From NCBI RefSeq assembly GCF_963921235.1, contig NC_086108.1, positions 85,004,001-85,068,000 on the forward strand: a stretch of DNA of 64,000 nucleotides, read 5' to 3'. The position numbers were made by a program, and so were the translations under genes. Every line of letters starts with the position of its first letter. Position 1 is the stretch's first letter. The DNA comes from Mobula hypostoma. Lineage: Eukaryota. This document shows positions 24,380 through 39,134 of this stretch, piece after piece. A model generated the notes under the pieces. The model was not told the DNA's origin, made no database searches, and saw nothing but the letters and a program-made list of their open reading frames with translations.

Positions 24380-27325
24380 GGCTTAGAATAAATCAGAAAA
24401 TATGACGAGGATAATACAATAATTATGAAGGACCACCTGACAAGATACTGAGCACATTAGTAGTAACAGAATAAAGAACAAATCTGTGTAATGTTTAGAA
24501 TATGATGTTTTTAAGATCAAAATTTTGAGGAACCAACAAGGAAAATGGTTGGTATAGAAAGGGTTAACTGATGGATTGATGATTAAGGGGCTTTGAGGGA
24601 GTAGTGACCATAATGCAATAGAATTATTTAAAGCTGGAAGTGATTTAGTTTAATCTGAATCCAACATCCAAAATCTCAATTAAGCAAATGATAAAGGCAT
24701 AAATCAGCTACAATAGATTGGGAATCTACATTAAAAGAAATAACAATAAAGCAGCTCTGGTTATCATTGAAAGAACTGGGAATCTCACTAGCCAGTCCAT
24801 CAGGATCAAGGATGAACACTTGCACTCCAATTCTGCATATTTTAAGGAAGGTTGTGAGGCCATCATAAAGCAATGGTGTCGGGCAGAAGACAGAAATACT
24901 CTTCTTCCAGGAAGGCATTTAGATTAGATTAGACACACAGTCCTCTTTTATTGTCATTTAGTAATGCATGCATTAAGAAATGATACAATGTTTTTCTAGA
25001 ATATCACGGAAACACATAACAAACCGACTTAAAAACTAACAAAAACCACATAATTATAACATATAGTTACAGCAGTGCAAAACAATACTGTAATTTGATA
25101 ACAGCAGACCATGGCATGGTAAAAATCTCAAAGTCTCTTGAAAGTCCCATCATCTCATGCAGACGGTAAACCTCCAGCGCTATCAACTTGCCGATGATGG
25201 AAGCATCCGACCACAGTCCGACTCTAAGTCTGTCCGAAAATTCCAAGCCTCTGACCAGCTCTCCGACACCGAGCACTTCAATGGCGGCCCCAGCAACAGG
25301 CAATAGGCAAAGCCGAGGATTTGGGGCCTTCGTCCCCAGAGATTCTTGATCGCACAGTAGCAGGAATACTCTCCTATGAGGTAGGTTAGTAAATCTGTAG
25401 ATTTCAGCTGCAGCTATGGGCAAAGAAATGGCATATGGCGTTTATTCTGGACTACTGTGAGGTGTTGCACTTTTAGAGATCAAATGTAAAGGTTAAGTAC
25501 AGAGTTAATGGCAGGACCTTTAACAGCATTGATGTACTGAGGAATCATGGTGTCCAAGTCCAACACTCCCTGAGAAGGGTCAAACAAGTTGACAAGGTGG
25601 TAACGAAGGCACATGGCATGCTTGTTTTTTTCTTAGTTGAAGCACTAAGTTCAAGTGTCAGGAAGTTATGTTGCATTCAGTTTTATAAAATTATGATTAG
25701 GACAAATCCGGAATACTGCTTTCCATTTTTGTTACCCCCTTTATAGGAAGGATGTGGAGACTTTGGACAGGGAGCAGAAGTTTACCAGGATACTGTCTGG
25801 ATTAGAATCATGTGCTACAAGGAGGGTTCTTTTCCCTCGAATGGCAATCACTGAGGGGACACCTGACAGAGACCTGCTTTGTGGATCCAGAACTGGCTTG
25901 CCCACAGAAGGCAAAGAGTGGTTGTAGATGGGTCATATTCTGCATGGAGGTCAGTGACCAGTGGTGTGCCTCGGGGATCTGTTCTGGGACCCTTACTCTT
26001 CGTGATTTTTATAAATGACCTGGATGAGGAAGTAGAGGGATGAGTAAGTTTGCTGATGACACAAAGGTTGGGGGTGTTGTGGATAGTGTGGAGGGCTGTC
26101 AGAGGTTACAACAGGACATTGATAGGATGCAAAACTGGGCTGAGAAGTGGCAGATGGAGTTCAACCCGGATAAGTGTGAAATAGTTCTTATTGGTAGGTC
26201 AAATATGATGGCAGGATATAGTATTAATGGTAAGACTCTTGGCAGTGTGGAGGATCAGAGGGATCTTGGAGTCCGAGTCCACAGGACGCTCAAAGCAGCT
26301 GCATGGGTTGACTCTGTGGTTAAGAAGGCATACAGTGTATTGGCCTTCATCAATCATGGAATTGAATTTAGGAGCCGAGAGGTAATGTTGCAGCTATATA
26401 GGACTCTGGTCAGACCCCACTTGGAGTACTGTGCTCAGTTCTGGTCGCCTCACTACAGGAAGGATGTGGAAACCATAGAAAGGCTGCAGAAGAGATTTAC
26501 AAGGATGTTGCCTGGACTGGCAAGCATGTCTTATGAAAACAAGTTAGGTGAACTCGGCCTTTTCTCCTTGGAGCGACGGAGGATGAGAGGTGACCTGATA
26601 GAGGTGAACAAGATGATGAGAGGCGTTGATCGTGTGGATAGTCAGAGGCTTTTTCCCCAGGGCTGAAATGGCTGCCACAAGAGGTCACAGGTGCTGGGGA
26701 GTAAGTACAGAGGAGATGTCCGGGGTCAGTGTTTTTTTTACACTGAGAGTGGTGAATGTGTGGAATGGGCTGCCAGCAATGGTGGTGGAGGCGGATACAA
26801 TAGGGTCTTTTAAGAGACTTTTGGATAGGTACATAGAGCCTAGAAAAATAGAAGGCTATGGGTAACCCTAGTAATTTCTAAGGTAGGGACATGTTCGGCA
26901 CAATGTTGTTGGCCAAAGGGCCTGTATTGTGCTGTAGGTTTTCTATGTTTCTATGAAGTTTATAGGATTACAAGAGGTGTAGGGTAGAAAGCTGGCATCT
27001 TTTTCTCAGGGTCCGAATGCCTGATACTGAAAGGCATTCACTAAGGTGAGAGAGGGGCAAGTTCAAAAGGAGATGTATGGAGCATTTTGTTTGTAAAGAC
27101 ACAAAGAGGGGTTGGGGTCTGGAATGTTGTCAGAGGTGGTGGCACGGACTGATATCAGAGATGGATTCGAGAGGCTCTTAGTGAGCCTCTGTATGTGAAT
27201 ATGCAGAGATTAGAAATATGTACATTGTGCAAACAGAAGGGATTTGTTTAATTAGGTGTCATTAGTTTGATTGTTCAGCACATCATGGGCAACAGACCTT
27301 GCTCCTGAGCTGTACTGTTTTAAGT
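24380..27325 (+). mobile_element. Old CR1 LINE remnants hosting nested insertions
   Basis: Decayed endonuclease (gtgaccataat, SDH) and C-terminal motifs; interrupted at ~24920-25365 and 25872-26955. Confidence 0.65.
25872..26955 (+). mobile_element. Young 5'-truncated CR1 LINE
   Basis: ORF 26040-26666: SKFADDTKVGG...WQMEFNPDKCE...LYRTLVRPHLEYCAQFWSP; tail ttctatgtttctatg. Confidence 0.92.
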
Positions 27326-30300
27326 CCACCATTTATATTGAGTTTGTATAGACACCCTTCAGGATTATGCATACTTCATGTGATCTCAATATTCCTGCTC
27401 CATTTTGTGCTAATCAAAAATAAGGCTGAACCCAAACGGAAAACTGTTAAGCATGTTTTGGTGAATGTGTTGCAGTAATAATAGTCCAATGAAAGGAATT
27501 TTAAAAATCCTAGTGCTATGCAGTGGGGGAAAATAATTGTTTAGTGATGACAGAGAGGAAGTGCCATGATTAGTTATCATTTCTATTTGATTTGCTGTAT
27601 TTAATAGAAACTCTCTTATTTTTTTAAATTCCAATTAGTATAACACATTAAAATAGTTGACATTAAATCCCAGAACATAGAACAGAGCAAAACAGTATAA
27701 CACAATTCTTAATGAACAACATGGTGACTCCAAGGCTGATTATCTCAAGGAGTGCAAAGCGTTTAATTAAAACCGAAGGTTGGGGATAAGGATGTTAAGT
27801 ACAACAAAGTTGCAAGGCCACAAAAATACTCAATTTATCTCCATGCTCCATAGTTGTATTTCAATTTGAAAAGTGAGCCCTGCCTGATGGCTTTCATCTT
27901 GTTCATTGCATGATGATAATTTAGTGTTCTAATTTTTAGAAATTCAATTCCAACTAGGAGGATAATATAACAACATGATTAAGTTGGTGAACTTTAAAGT
28001 CCATTATAGAGAATATGTCAGGAAGGCAAAGCAATAATTATAACCTTAAATAAAAACAAAATCAATGCTGAAAATATGAAATAATTTTTATTTAGATCAT
28101 TTGTTCTTCATGTCAAGGCTTCCCATCCAATATTTATTCCAACATTTCTTTGCACTACTTTTTAGTCAAATCTCTGTGGTAATGCTAACTGCTGTCACCA
28201 AAGATAACGGGTAATACATTTACCTTTGGTGATAACTGTAAATATTTTAAATTACTGCTAACTGTAAAATGTGTTGAAAGAATATTTATGATCAGCCTTT
28301 ACTTTTAATGTATTGTTGTAAATCCGAACCAATGCACAAGAAATGCTCCAATGCATGGGGCAAAGTAAAATCTTTGGTCTATTTTTATTTTTAAAAGCAC
28401 AATTCTTCACAATGCTTCCAAAAGCAAAGACTGTTTCTGGATCTCTATGTTGCCAGTATTAGCATTGCCTTATGTTCATTTTCACCAAACTGTGCAGCAC
28501 AGAAGGCAACCATTTGGTTCAACATGCAGGTGCCAGATCTTTGACAGAGCTATCTAATTAGTCCCTTTGTCCCGCTCTTGCACCATAACCCCCAGTCAGG
28601 TATTTATCCAATTACATTTTAAAAACAACAGTGAATTTTTCAAGAATTGTATGTGGGCAGCCAATGAGGGAGAGTTTGATTTCATTGATCTATGAAACGA
28701 AATTGAAGAATTCAACGTATGGCTGCTCTGTTACTACTTTCCAGCATGTGCATTTGAATATGAATTTCCACCCAAAAATCACAATACAAATTGTACCATT
28801 AAAAAGATTCTTAGATTACAATTCTGATACTGACCTTGGGTCTGATTTCTCTTGTACATTCAACAACTGGTTTACTTTTTCTGTTCCAGTCCATGTCAAA
28901 TGATTCCTTGTATTATCAACCCTTCAATCGATTATTCACCCTGAATTCCATCCTGTTACCAATCCTTTCCTATCCCTGGAAAATGTGTTCAATATACCTA
29001 GTGTTAACCAGTTGAACTGTTACGCTAAATATCAGAAATGATGACCGTTATATGTTCCTATTAACGTGGCACCTAATTTGTTGAGATTTCCCATTATCTT
29101 ATTTCTTTAGGACCATTTAGTTTCAACATAAAATAGGCCCATGAAATTTGAACTTTTCCAAAGATGCAGCTGTCCAAGGCAACAGTAACCGAACAACTGC
29201 ATACGTGCAAATGTTTCAAGCAAGGTTCATATAATCGAAATCTGTCCTCAGAGTTTCTCAAAATCAAAGATCTTGAAGTTACAAAATCAACCAATCTTGG
29301 ATCATCAACAGTGCTGAAAAATCCAGGTAAACCAGAAATGTTAAGCAAAGGAAGAATGACAGACCATTCACAATGACCAGCAGATATGACAGTTGGTGCA
29401 ACAATTAGGTTTCCATGCTGCCTGTTCAGGGAATGTATGTTCTCCCGGTGACCACATGCGTTTCCTCTCTATATTCTGTACTCTACCCCACCCACATCCC
29501 AAAGACCTGTTTCTAGGTTAATTAGCTCATGTAAATTGCTCCTAGTACAGACATAGGTTATATCCAGTGGGGGATTGTGACAGATGGGAACTCTCTTAAG
29601 AGCCAACATAGACTCATAGGATCAAATGGACCTCTTTCTATAAAAGACGGCATTCTGAACAAAATATTTTCCGGACAGTGGCCTCTGGCTAAAAATTCTG
29701 TCACCAGCAGCCACACAAAATTTTGCCAAACGGTGCTGCTTACGATTTAATTTTCTTGCCATTCTGCCATTCTTGCCTTGCTATTGCTGAGAGAATGAAG
29801 CCATATTGCAAATTGATGTTTATCTCTTTTGAATTCTGGCACCTCATCTCATTTTTATCCCTCTTTACTAGTTCTGATGAAAGGTCTTCAGTCTGAGAAC
29901 CTAACATATTTTCTCTTTCACCAAATAGCGCCTGACCTGCGGAGTATTTCCACATTTTCACTATTTCAGATATACAGCATCTCCAGTTGTTTTTTTTAAA
30001 TTTCCAACTCATTTTCATTTCAGATTTACCTCACACTGCTACAATAATAATGTGCTTTTTTTTCCTAATACATACCCTGTTCTGTACTGTGACACTTCAA
30101 GCTGGTTGCTAGCCTACATAATTGAGGTCATATCACCCTGAAATGTACTATCTTCTCAAAAGAATGCCATCTCTAGAAACTGTAAAGTTGAGTACAATTC
30201 CAATAAATCTTCTACTGATAATGTGGAAATCCTCATGATCCAGCATCTGGTTCACTCATTCAAATGGAATGCAAGATAATTGTCCAGAATGTCCTGAAGT

Positions 30301-30899
30301 GGGATGTGTGGCCAGGGCTGAGGTTCAGAGTTCAAGACTGCTGACCACTTGTATAACTGAAGCCAGAGTTAGAATCTGGAACATAGATAAGTTTACAGCA
30401 GAAGCCAGGATCTAGAGTACCTGCATAATTCCCACTCCATTTAAACTCGCAGGGTTCACTACAACACTCACGACGTTATGAAAAACAAAAACTGAATTGT
30501 GTTTTGCCTCATAGCATGCCAGATTTTCAAAGTTCTACTGTACATATTAAAGACAACTTCAACCATACTGGACTAAAAACATATAATTACTTGCTATGTG
30601 TTTAAAAAACACAAATGAAACATGATGCTAGATAAAATCCATCACAGTGGTCAAATAAATCACTGGAATAATGAGAATTGGTTGGGAAGAATTTTGTCAG
30701 TCAATTGTAAACATTTCTTGGCAGACTCAACAATATACAATTCTCCCCATCACAAACTGCCAGCATGTCTATTTTGCACATAATTTATCACAAGGCTAAT
30801 TGCCTGAGATCAAAGGGAGGTAATCTAAAATGTTTGGCAAAGTCTTTGAAGTATTGAATATTAATTTCTGATTTCAGACTTTTCACCCCTCAAATGTGG

Positions 30900-32215
30900 A
30901 GAATCAGAATCAGGTTTAATATCCCTGGCATACGTCGTGAAATTTTTTGTTTTGCGACAGTAATACATTGCAATACATTATAATAAAAACTATAAATTAC
31001 AGCAATTATATATAAAAATTAAATTAAATAAGTAGTGCAAAAAGAGAGGAAAAATATTAAGATAGTGCTTATGGGTGTATTGTCCATTCAGAAATCTAAT
31101 GGCAGAGAGAAAGAAGCTATTCCGAAAACGTTGAGTGTTCGGGCTTCAGGCTTCAGTACCTCCTCCTTGATGTTAGCAATGAGAAGAGGGCATGTCTTGG
31201 ATGCTAGGGAGGCTAGTGGCTATGATGATGGCGGAGTTTACAACTTTCTACAACTTCATATTACAGCATTAGCAAACGTTTGAAATTATAAATTGCTCAA
31301 GTCTCGATGGAAATCAAGTGAATTACTTGTTCAGTAACAAGCTGGGATACAGAATACCTGCTGACAAGATCATAAGACATATCACCTTACTACATACAGA
31401 AATAAATGCTGGATATTCACGTCTTAACAAATGAGCTTCATTTTTATGTTCTACCATCTTCCTAGATATTGATCTCTTTTTATCAAAAACAATAATTACA
31501 TGTTTTAGAGTTTTTGTGTCAGGTCCAGTAGAATTATTCACATCATTCAAGATTGTTTGATGTCATTTCCAATACACCAGTGTAAAGGAGAACAAAATAA
31601 TTGTTACTCCAGATCCAATACAGCACAAAAAGAAACACAATAAATATAAATACATAAGATACCTTACATACATATTGATCCTATGCATGTCCATAAGGAG
31701 AAGCTAGACAAAGGAGTGCCCAGTACACAAGGTGACTCTGACATGACACGATTAAAGTGGTATGTTTTTGACTGGGGGTGGGGGGTGAGAGACAGGGAAA
31801 GAAGAGGAGGAATATGGAGGTGTGGGTTAGCCCTGCTTGGGGAAAGTAATTGTTTTTGAACCTAATGCTGCTGGTTTAGATGCTATGTAGCCTCCCCTCT
31901 GATGGCAGTGGGACAAACAGTCCATGAGCAGGGAAGGTGAGGCTCCTGCATGATGTTAGATCTTACTGACCTTGTTCTGACACCATTCTGTATATGCGTC
32001 CTTGATGGTGGGTAGACTGGTTACAGTGATGTGTTGGATAGTTTTAACTACTCAGTTTAGCGCCTTCCTGTCCACTGCAGTGCAGTATCCATTCCATGCA
32101 GTGATGCAGCATGTTAGGATGCTCTCTACTGCGCATCTGTAGAAGGACACAAGTATAGCTCTCTTTGGCCTCCACAGAAAGTAGAGGCATTGGTGAGCTT
32201 TCCTGATTGGGTCAG
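30900..32215 (-). mobile_element. Two Rex1/Babar-type LINE 3' fragments (~30900-31260 and ~31535-32215)
   Basis: Tail gaatcagaatcaggtttaat; remnants such as gatgctctctactgcgcatctgtagaag (minus FYRCAVESI). Confidence 0.7.
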
Positions 32216-35200
32216 GAATCAGGAAAGCTCACTTTACTATGAGAAGACTGAAGAGAGCTGAACTAAGCCATTCATACTTTTGTTTTAAAAGCATGGGATC
32301 CAACCACATAAATACCATCAACTTCAGGACACCTCCACAAATGTGTAAATTGTGATTTTACAGCTCTGGAAATTTCCAAGTTCTTCTCTACTGCTGGCCT
32401 CTGCAGTGAGGCCAGTAGAGGAGCAGGAGTTTGCTGAAATTCTCTGGCACTTATACCAATTTCATCCCAGCAAAAGATATGTGATCCATTTCACTGGAAA
32501 CCATAGGGCTTAAAGAAAAATTATTACTGCAAAAATACATTTCTACTAATCATGTAGTGCTTACTGATTTTAATTATTTAAGTGTATTCATTGATTTTTT
32601 AAAAAACTTATGCAAGCTTTTACTTGCTTATTTCATTTTAATAACTCTTAAATGTTTAATTGGTAGACATTCAGATGCATCAAAAAAAACCTTGGCAGCT
32701 TTTACAGATAGCAAAGCTGAAGGCATGACCTTGCCATCTGTCAAAATGTTTCCTGGGGTTATATGAGTAGCGCTTGTTTAGCCCATCTGATTACATGAAT
32801 AAGGCCCTACCAATGTACCACTCCAAGACCACTTTGGCTAGCAACCCATCCTTGTAGGTCCAGGGCAAACAAGTTTGCAGGAATGTGATAAATGAATGCA
32901 GGCAGTCAGCCCTAATCAAATTGATCTCAATTTGAATACAGTAACACTCGCTGCTTTGTAATGAATAAAACTCATATTCATATGAAGATGAAACAATAGT
33001 TCTTTAAGAAACCTGTAAAACCTGATAACTGAAGTCAAATTTATCTTGTCTAAAGTGTGATTTGCACTTGACTCTCCAAAACATACATCAAATTTGACAG
33101 AAAATTGGGATTCTGATAACAATACTCGTTGGTCAAGTACAGTCAAACTATTCTAAACTTTCCCTTTCACATCAGTGAGATGCAATTCATCTATTAGTAA
33201 AGTTCACTTAAAGGCTATACTAAATGCAGCAGATGGTGTATTTTTTTCCTAGTCTCCAGGAAACAAAACTGAATTCAAAACACCAGGTAGAAGACAAAGT
33301 CAGCAGATAGACTGAAGCAGTCACCACAAAACTGATTAAGAAAGACCCTGATCCTTGCACAGAGCATCAAATGCTAGAGACACCACATCTCTAATGAAAA
33401 CAGGTTAAGATGAGCTTTTCTGCCTGAACAGCAAATATTACAGAATTATAGGTTTTTATTTATAGTGCATGGTGTAAAAGATCTATTTTGAGCAAATTGA
33501 AAATATTTTATGAAACATTACGACATTCCAACATTAGAATTGATTCTTGGTTAGTTTTGGATCTACACATGCTGGAAGGTTTCCAGTTTCATCAGTTGAC
33601 TGAATACATGATATATTCTTTGAAATGATGGATGTTCATAAGGAATTTTTAAGGATATGAAATTTTGCAGAGCAATCTTGATGGGACAAATGGCCTAATT
33701 CTGCTCCTTAATCTTATGGATATTTGATAAAACCCCACAAAACAAAATACATCTCTAAAAAGGTAATTAAAATTGATCAGCATGAGGAAAACTGAATCAC
33801 ATGGGATTAAACAGGTGGTACAAATGGTCGCTACCTTACTTAGGTGACAGAAAAGTATCAGCTTTATTCTGTTATCTGCTAATTTAAATAAGCTGTAGGT
33901 AGCTTTCAAGACATACAAAATAAGCCAGGTATGTGGTCAGACTTCATTTATATGATATTTACATGTACTTTCAGTTTGGTGGTGGGGTTGGGTATGCAGT
34001 CTTTACTAGTGTTTTCCATTAAATACATTTACTCCACCAATATATATATATATACTTCTCTCCCTGAACATTCACGCAGAGATGTGGAGATGCTTCAGGA
34101 CCTGAAAAAGGGTCTCAGCCCAAAATGTCAACTGTTTACTCCCCCCCCCACCCCCAAGTACTTCCTGCCTAGTTTGCCGAGTTTCTCTAGTATTTTGAGC
34201 ACGTTGCTTTGGATTTCCAGTTTCATCAGATTTTCTCACCTTTGAAACACACGTTAAAATTTTTTTTATATAAACTCACAAAATGCTCTAGCTGAATATT
34301 TATAATTATGCCCTAAAATTCCACCCCCCCCCAACCATGTGGGTCTCCAGTTTATCTCAGACAAGTGCAGATTATTATGTTTATTTGATTATAGATTGCG
34401 GGCATCACCACCAAGGACAACTTGATGCCACTTAGATAAATCAATGTGGGAGATCAAGATGTGCAGAAATGTTGATCAGCAAAGAATACAGATTGAAGGT
34501 GATTATTCTTACAGTGAGCCAAAGCAACCAATGCCTAATGGTCAGCTGACAACCAATCCCAGGCCGACTCACTAATTGGTCGTTGTTCCTATCAACATCT
34601 GGAAGGTTCTTGGGTAAATAAACAGACATGTTTTGGGATGTACTGTTTTGAGTTTTGGAACTTTAGTAGTTGCAGAGTTTTACTTCATGTTCTGGTTTTA
34701 ATCTGTCTCCTGGCTTCAGGTCTCATCAGTTGCCATAGGCAAGTGAACACTACAACTATTGAGAGGTCCAGTCCCCACTGAGAGGTCAGCAGTGGAAAAG
34801 GTGAGCAGCTTCAAGTTCTTGGGTATCAACATCTCAGAAAACCTATCCTACACCCAACAAATATATGCAATCATGAAGGCGGCACACCGGCAGAGATACT
34901 TTCTTTGGAGTTTCAGGAGATTTAGTATGTCACCAAAAGCTCTAGCAAATTTATACAGATGTATCGTAGGTTTTCAGCATTTTCCATTATATTTTAAAGT
35001 AAGTGAGGCCATAATAAAATAAACACAATTTTGCAGAGGAAAGAAATTCATCCTGTGGCTCTCAAAAGCTAAGCTCAATATTACAGCAAAGACCAAATAT
35101 GATCATAATTCCCCTTTGCAATTGTGTATATACACATTTCTAAAACTATGGAAAACAATTCATATTTTATTACAAGTTTGAACCTAGCTGGGGAAGAAAA

Positions 35201-35217
35201 AAATTATTTCCTTAGAG

Positions 35218-35294
35218 CAGGGCCCCCAACCTGGTGTCCACGGACACTTTGCTTAATGATATTGGGCCACAGCATAAAAGATTGGGAACCCGTT
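35218..35294. mobile_element. ~75-bp hAT/Charlie-type MITE, same family as 1947-2021
   Basis: cagggcccccaacc ... attgggaacccg; imperfect 8-bp flanks ccttagag / ccctaaag. Confidence 0.6.
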
Positions 35295-35509
35295 CCCTAA
35301 AGCTTCTCATATGGGTTTTGACATTCTTCTCAGTGCAAAAGGGGACGATGATCAGATTTGGTCTTTGTTGGAATATTGATCATGGCTTTGGAGAGCCACA
35401 GGGTGAAATATTTTTTTCCTACAAAATTCTTCCGTGGATTATATCCTTCACCATATACCTAATTTTAGTCATTTTCGTTTATTACTTTATGGCATCTCTT
35501 ACTTTAGAA

Positions 35510-36266
35510 CAGCAGTCCCCAACCAACGGGCTGTGGACCGGTACCGGGCCACAGACAATCTGCTGCACGGCCGTGAGGAAACCATATGAGTCAGCTGCAC
35601 GTTTCCTCATTCCCTATCACGCACCGTTGAACTTGAACATACAGTTGCCAACTGTCCCGTATTTGCCGGGACATCCCATATATTGGGCTAAATTGGTTTG
35701 TCCCATATTTCCCCCGCGAAGGTAGAGCATTCCTATGAAACTTTTCGTGCCGAAATGGCATGAAGCGAAGAATTACTGTACCATTAATTTATATGAGAAA
35801 AATTTTTGAGCATTCCCAGACCCAAAAAATAACCTAACAAATCATACCAAATAACACAAAATCGAAAATAAATAACACTAAAGTATAGTAAAAGCAGGAA
35901 TGATATGATAAATACACAGCCTATATAAAGTAGAAATAATTTATGTACTGTATAGATGGGAAGATGAAGGCAAAATGGATTTGTGGGGGAAAGAAAAAAA
36001 ATCGGCTTATATGCGCACACAGGTGCCCACGCAAGGCTTCATGGTCATGGTAGTCTTTCCTGGGGTAAAGTGTCCCAGGATTTGACTGCTACTTTTGTCC
36101 CTTATTTGAGAGTGAGACAGTTGGCAACCCTAACTGTAAAAGACACGCTGAGGTGAGTTTAACCCTACTTGAACCCCACCACCCCCCCGCAAACGGGTCG
36201 GCCGGTCCGCAAGAATATTGTCAATATTAAACCGGTCTGCGGTGCCAAAATGGTTGGGGACCCCTG
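35510..36266. mobile_element. Composite hAT/Charlie-type non-autonomous element
   Basis: TIRs cagcagtccccaacca / tggttggggacccctg; perfect 8-bp duplication ctttagaa (35502 and 36267). Confidence 0.88.
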
Positions 36267-39134
36267 CTTTAGAATACCACGGCAAGTACTGTAAACAGCA
36301 AGCCAGGCAGCATCTCAGGAGAAGAGAAGAAAGCATTGAGCTGACATTTTTAGAACATTGATGTCAACAGCTTAGACAAACTTTAATTCTAATATGTTTT
36401 CTTTATAATGTTTTCCTAACCCTATTTTTCCAAATTTGTCCCTCCCAATTTTTAACCTTTTAACCATTTTGCTTTCTGTTCCTCCTTTAACTCTGCTTTG
36501 TTAGTAAACACATAGCAAATATGAACAAGGATGCCCAGCTCATGGAATCTGCAGGAATATTCTTCTAGCAACCAACTAGTCAAAAGCCCTCATTTATTTA
36601 CATTCCAATGAGTTACTTCTAAGGAGAAAATGGGTGTATCCACTTGATATCTTCTCGTAGAGCATTCTATTCAACCCATTGCTCTCAACTAATCCCAGAA
36701 ATACTAGAAATACTTAGTGATTCAGGGAGTCTCCCTAGGGAATAGATGGTAGATCATTTTTGAGGTTCCACAACTATTTTGGATAAAAGGTCAAAATTGT
36801 TTACCAATTTTACTTTCTCCGGAGTTAATGTCTGATTTGCAGAGGGTTTTCACTTTCAGTTTTATTGTACTAGCTAAATAGCAAATTTAGAATTACATAA
36901 TAATAAGGAGAGGCAAGTCCAGAGGTCAATCTTGTACTGCAGTCCTGCCAAATGTTTTTTCCTTTGGTGGTTAAGTAGACAAAATACGTGCACTCACCAA
37001 GACCCTCTTCACTCTTGCACTAGTTTTCCTGTAAGATGCCGTAAAAAGACAAAGCTCAACAAAAATCATGTTTCCTTTTGTGCATCACCATTCTTATCTC
37101 AAAATCACTGCTGGACTTGAGTGACGTAATCTAAACACAATATAAACATATAAACAATTGATTGGGGGCAATTGCTAAATGAGCTTAAATTGAAGCTAGA
37201 GCATAAGGAACAAAATTGGGTCTCTAAAATCATGAGCAACTCTGGCAACAGATCAGGGATTTTTATCAAAGTTAAACTGGTTTAACCAAACCTGCTGTCG
37301 TATGACAATTTGCAGTGAATGGCTGAGTTCATTGTTGCAAGGAATGATGAAGTGAAGAGCTATTAGACAAAAACTCGTGCTAAAAAATCAGGCCATCTTG
37401 AAAACCGAAAAATCCCAGAACCTGATAATTGACATTCCAGAGCTTTGATGGAAATTGTTTCAGAGATGGTGGATGCTCCTGTTTTCTTCTTGCAAAGTGT
37501 TATATATTCTGAAAGTATTCCAGTAGATTTCAGTGCAACTCACAAATGAAGAAAAAAAAAGAAAAAAGATATAAATTCCTAAGATTTATGATAAGAGATC
37601 TAATAAAAGAACAACTTGAATAAAACATATTAGGATTGAGTAAAATTCTTTGAGGATATGACTCTTGAATTAAATAAGGGGGAACCACTGGATGTAGTAC
37701 ATTTGGATTTCCAGAAGGCCACACACAGGAGATTGATATATCTCTGCATAAGGAATTATGAATAATATGGGTTGATAATTAGTTATTGAACAAAAAGCAG
37801 AGTTCATTTTTTAAAATGTATCATTCTCAGCTTCACGAGGAAATCTGCAGATGCTGGAATTTCAAGCAACACACATAAAGTTGCTGGTGAATGCAACAGG
37901 TCAGGCAGCATCTCTAGGAAGAGGTACAATTGACGTTTCAGGCCGAGACCCTTCATCATTCTCAGTTTAACAGATTGTGACTATTGAGCTGCCACAGAAA
38001 TCAGTGCTTGAGCCCCAGCAATTTGCTGTTATATTAACATTAAGTTGGAGACCAAATGTCAAACTTCCAAGTTTGTTGATGATACCAAGTAACTGGAGTT
38101 TCAAGTACAGAGTATAAAGGCTTCAAGGAGATACACAAAAGCTGAGACAATAAATAGGTGAGAACACAGCAATTGAATATAATGGGGGGGGGGGAATAGG
38201 AGGTTATTCACTTTGATGCAAATAACAGAAGTGTAGAATTTTTGTCAATGGTGAACAAAATTCCCTCGTGGCTTTCACATCACCTCCAAAAGCCCTCACC
38301 TCTATCTTCTGATTGATATTGCAGCTTTTTATAAATGGTACACATTGCAATGGTGAAAACAATGAAATTTTAGGGTACGAGGGGGTTCTAATTAAGCAGT
38401 CGTCTTTTTATCCCCCTGGATGATGTCAAGCCTCATGAGTATCAGAGCTGGGCTCATCCAAAAAAAAATTGCAAGTATATTATCACACTACATATTTGCT
38501 CTTCAAAATAGCAGAACAGCTTTTCATTATCAGAAGATGAGCCACTCTCTGATACTATTGCAGCTACAGTATTTATGTGAGCTTCAGGTCAATGGTGAAG
38601 CCAAGAAGGCTGACAGTGGGAGATTCACTGATGGTATGCCATTAAATGTACCATGTAGGTGGTTGAACCCCTTCTTCTGTTGGATAGATTTGTTTCTTGT
38701 TATGCTTGTGGCTTAGATATAACTTGTCACTTATAAACCCATCAATATATTATGTCGTTATTGCTACATAGACATGAACTGCGTCATTTTCTAAAGGAGT
38801 TGTGAATAGAAAAAAGCATTAAATAATCAGCAATGAAAATCTCCACATCTGCTTTATGATGAATCAAAGCCCTGGTATAGTTCTGATGAAGGGTCTTGTG
38901 TTTAAAATGCTCCTTCAGTTTCTCATTTCACATATGTTGCCTGGTTTGCCGAATGCTTCCAGTGTTTTCTGTTTTTGTCACAGTCATCTTTCTTTGTACA
39001 AGTACAAATGCAGTGTTTACCTCTTAATCTCCATTGGGATGCTGATGCTACAATCGGCCAAATACTTGATTAATTTCAAAGGCACCTTTAGTTTACATCA
39101 GGAATTCAACTCTTTGGACACAAAAGAGTGAAAT

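Noticed and set aside
35234..35725. 163-aa ORF with hydrophobic stretches
   Set aside because: Non-ATG start, runs across two MITE boundaries, no recognisable domain or splice context
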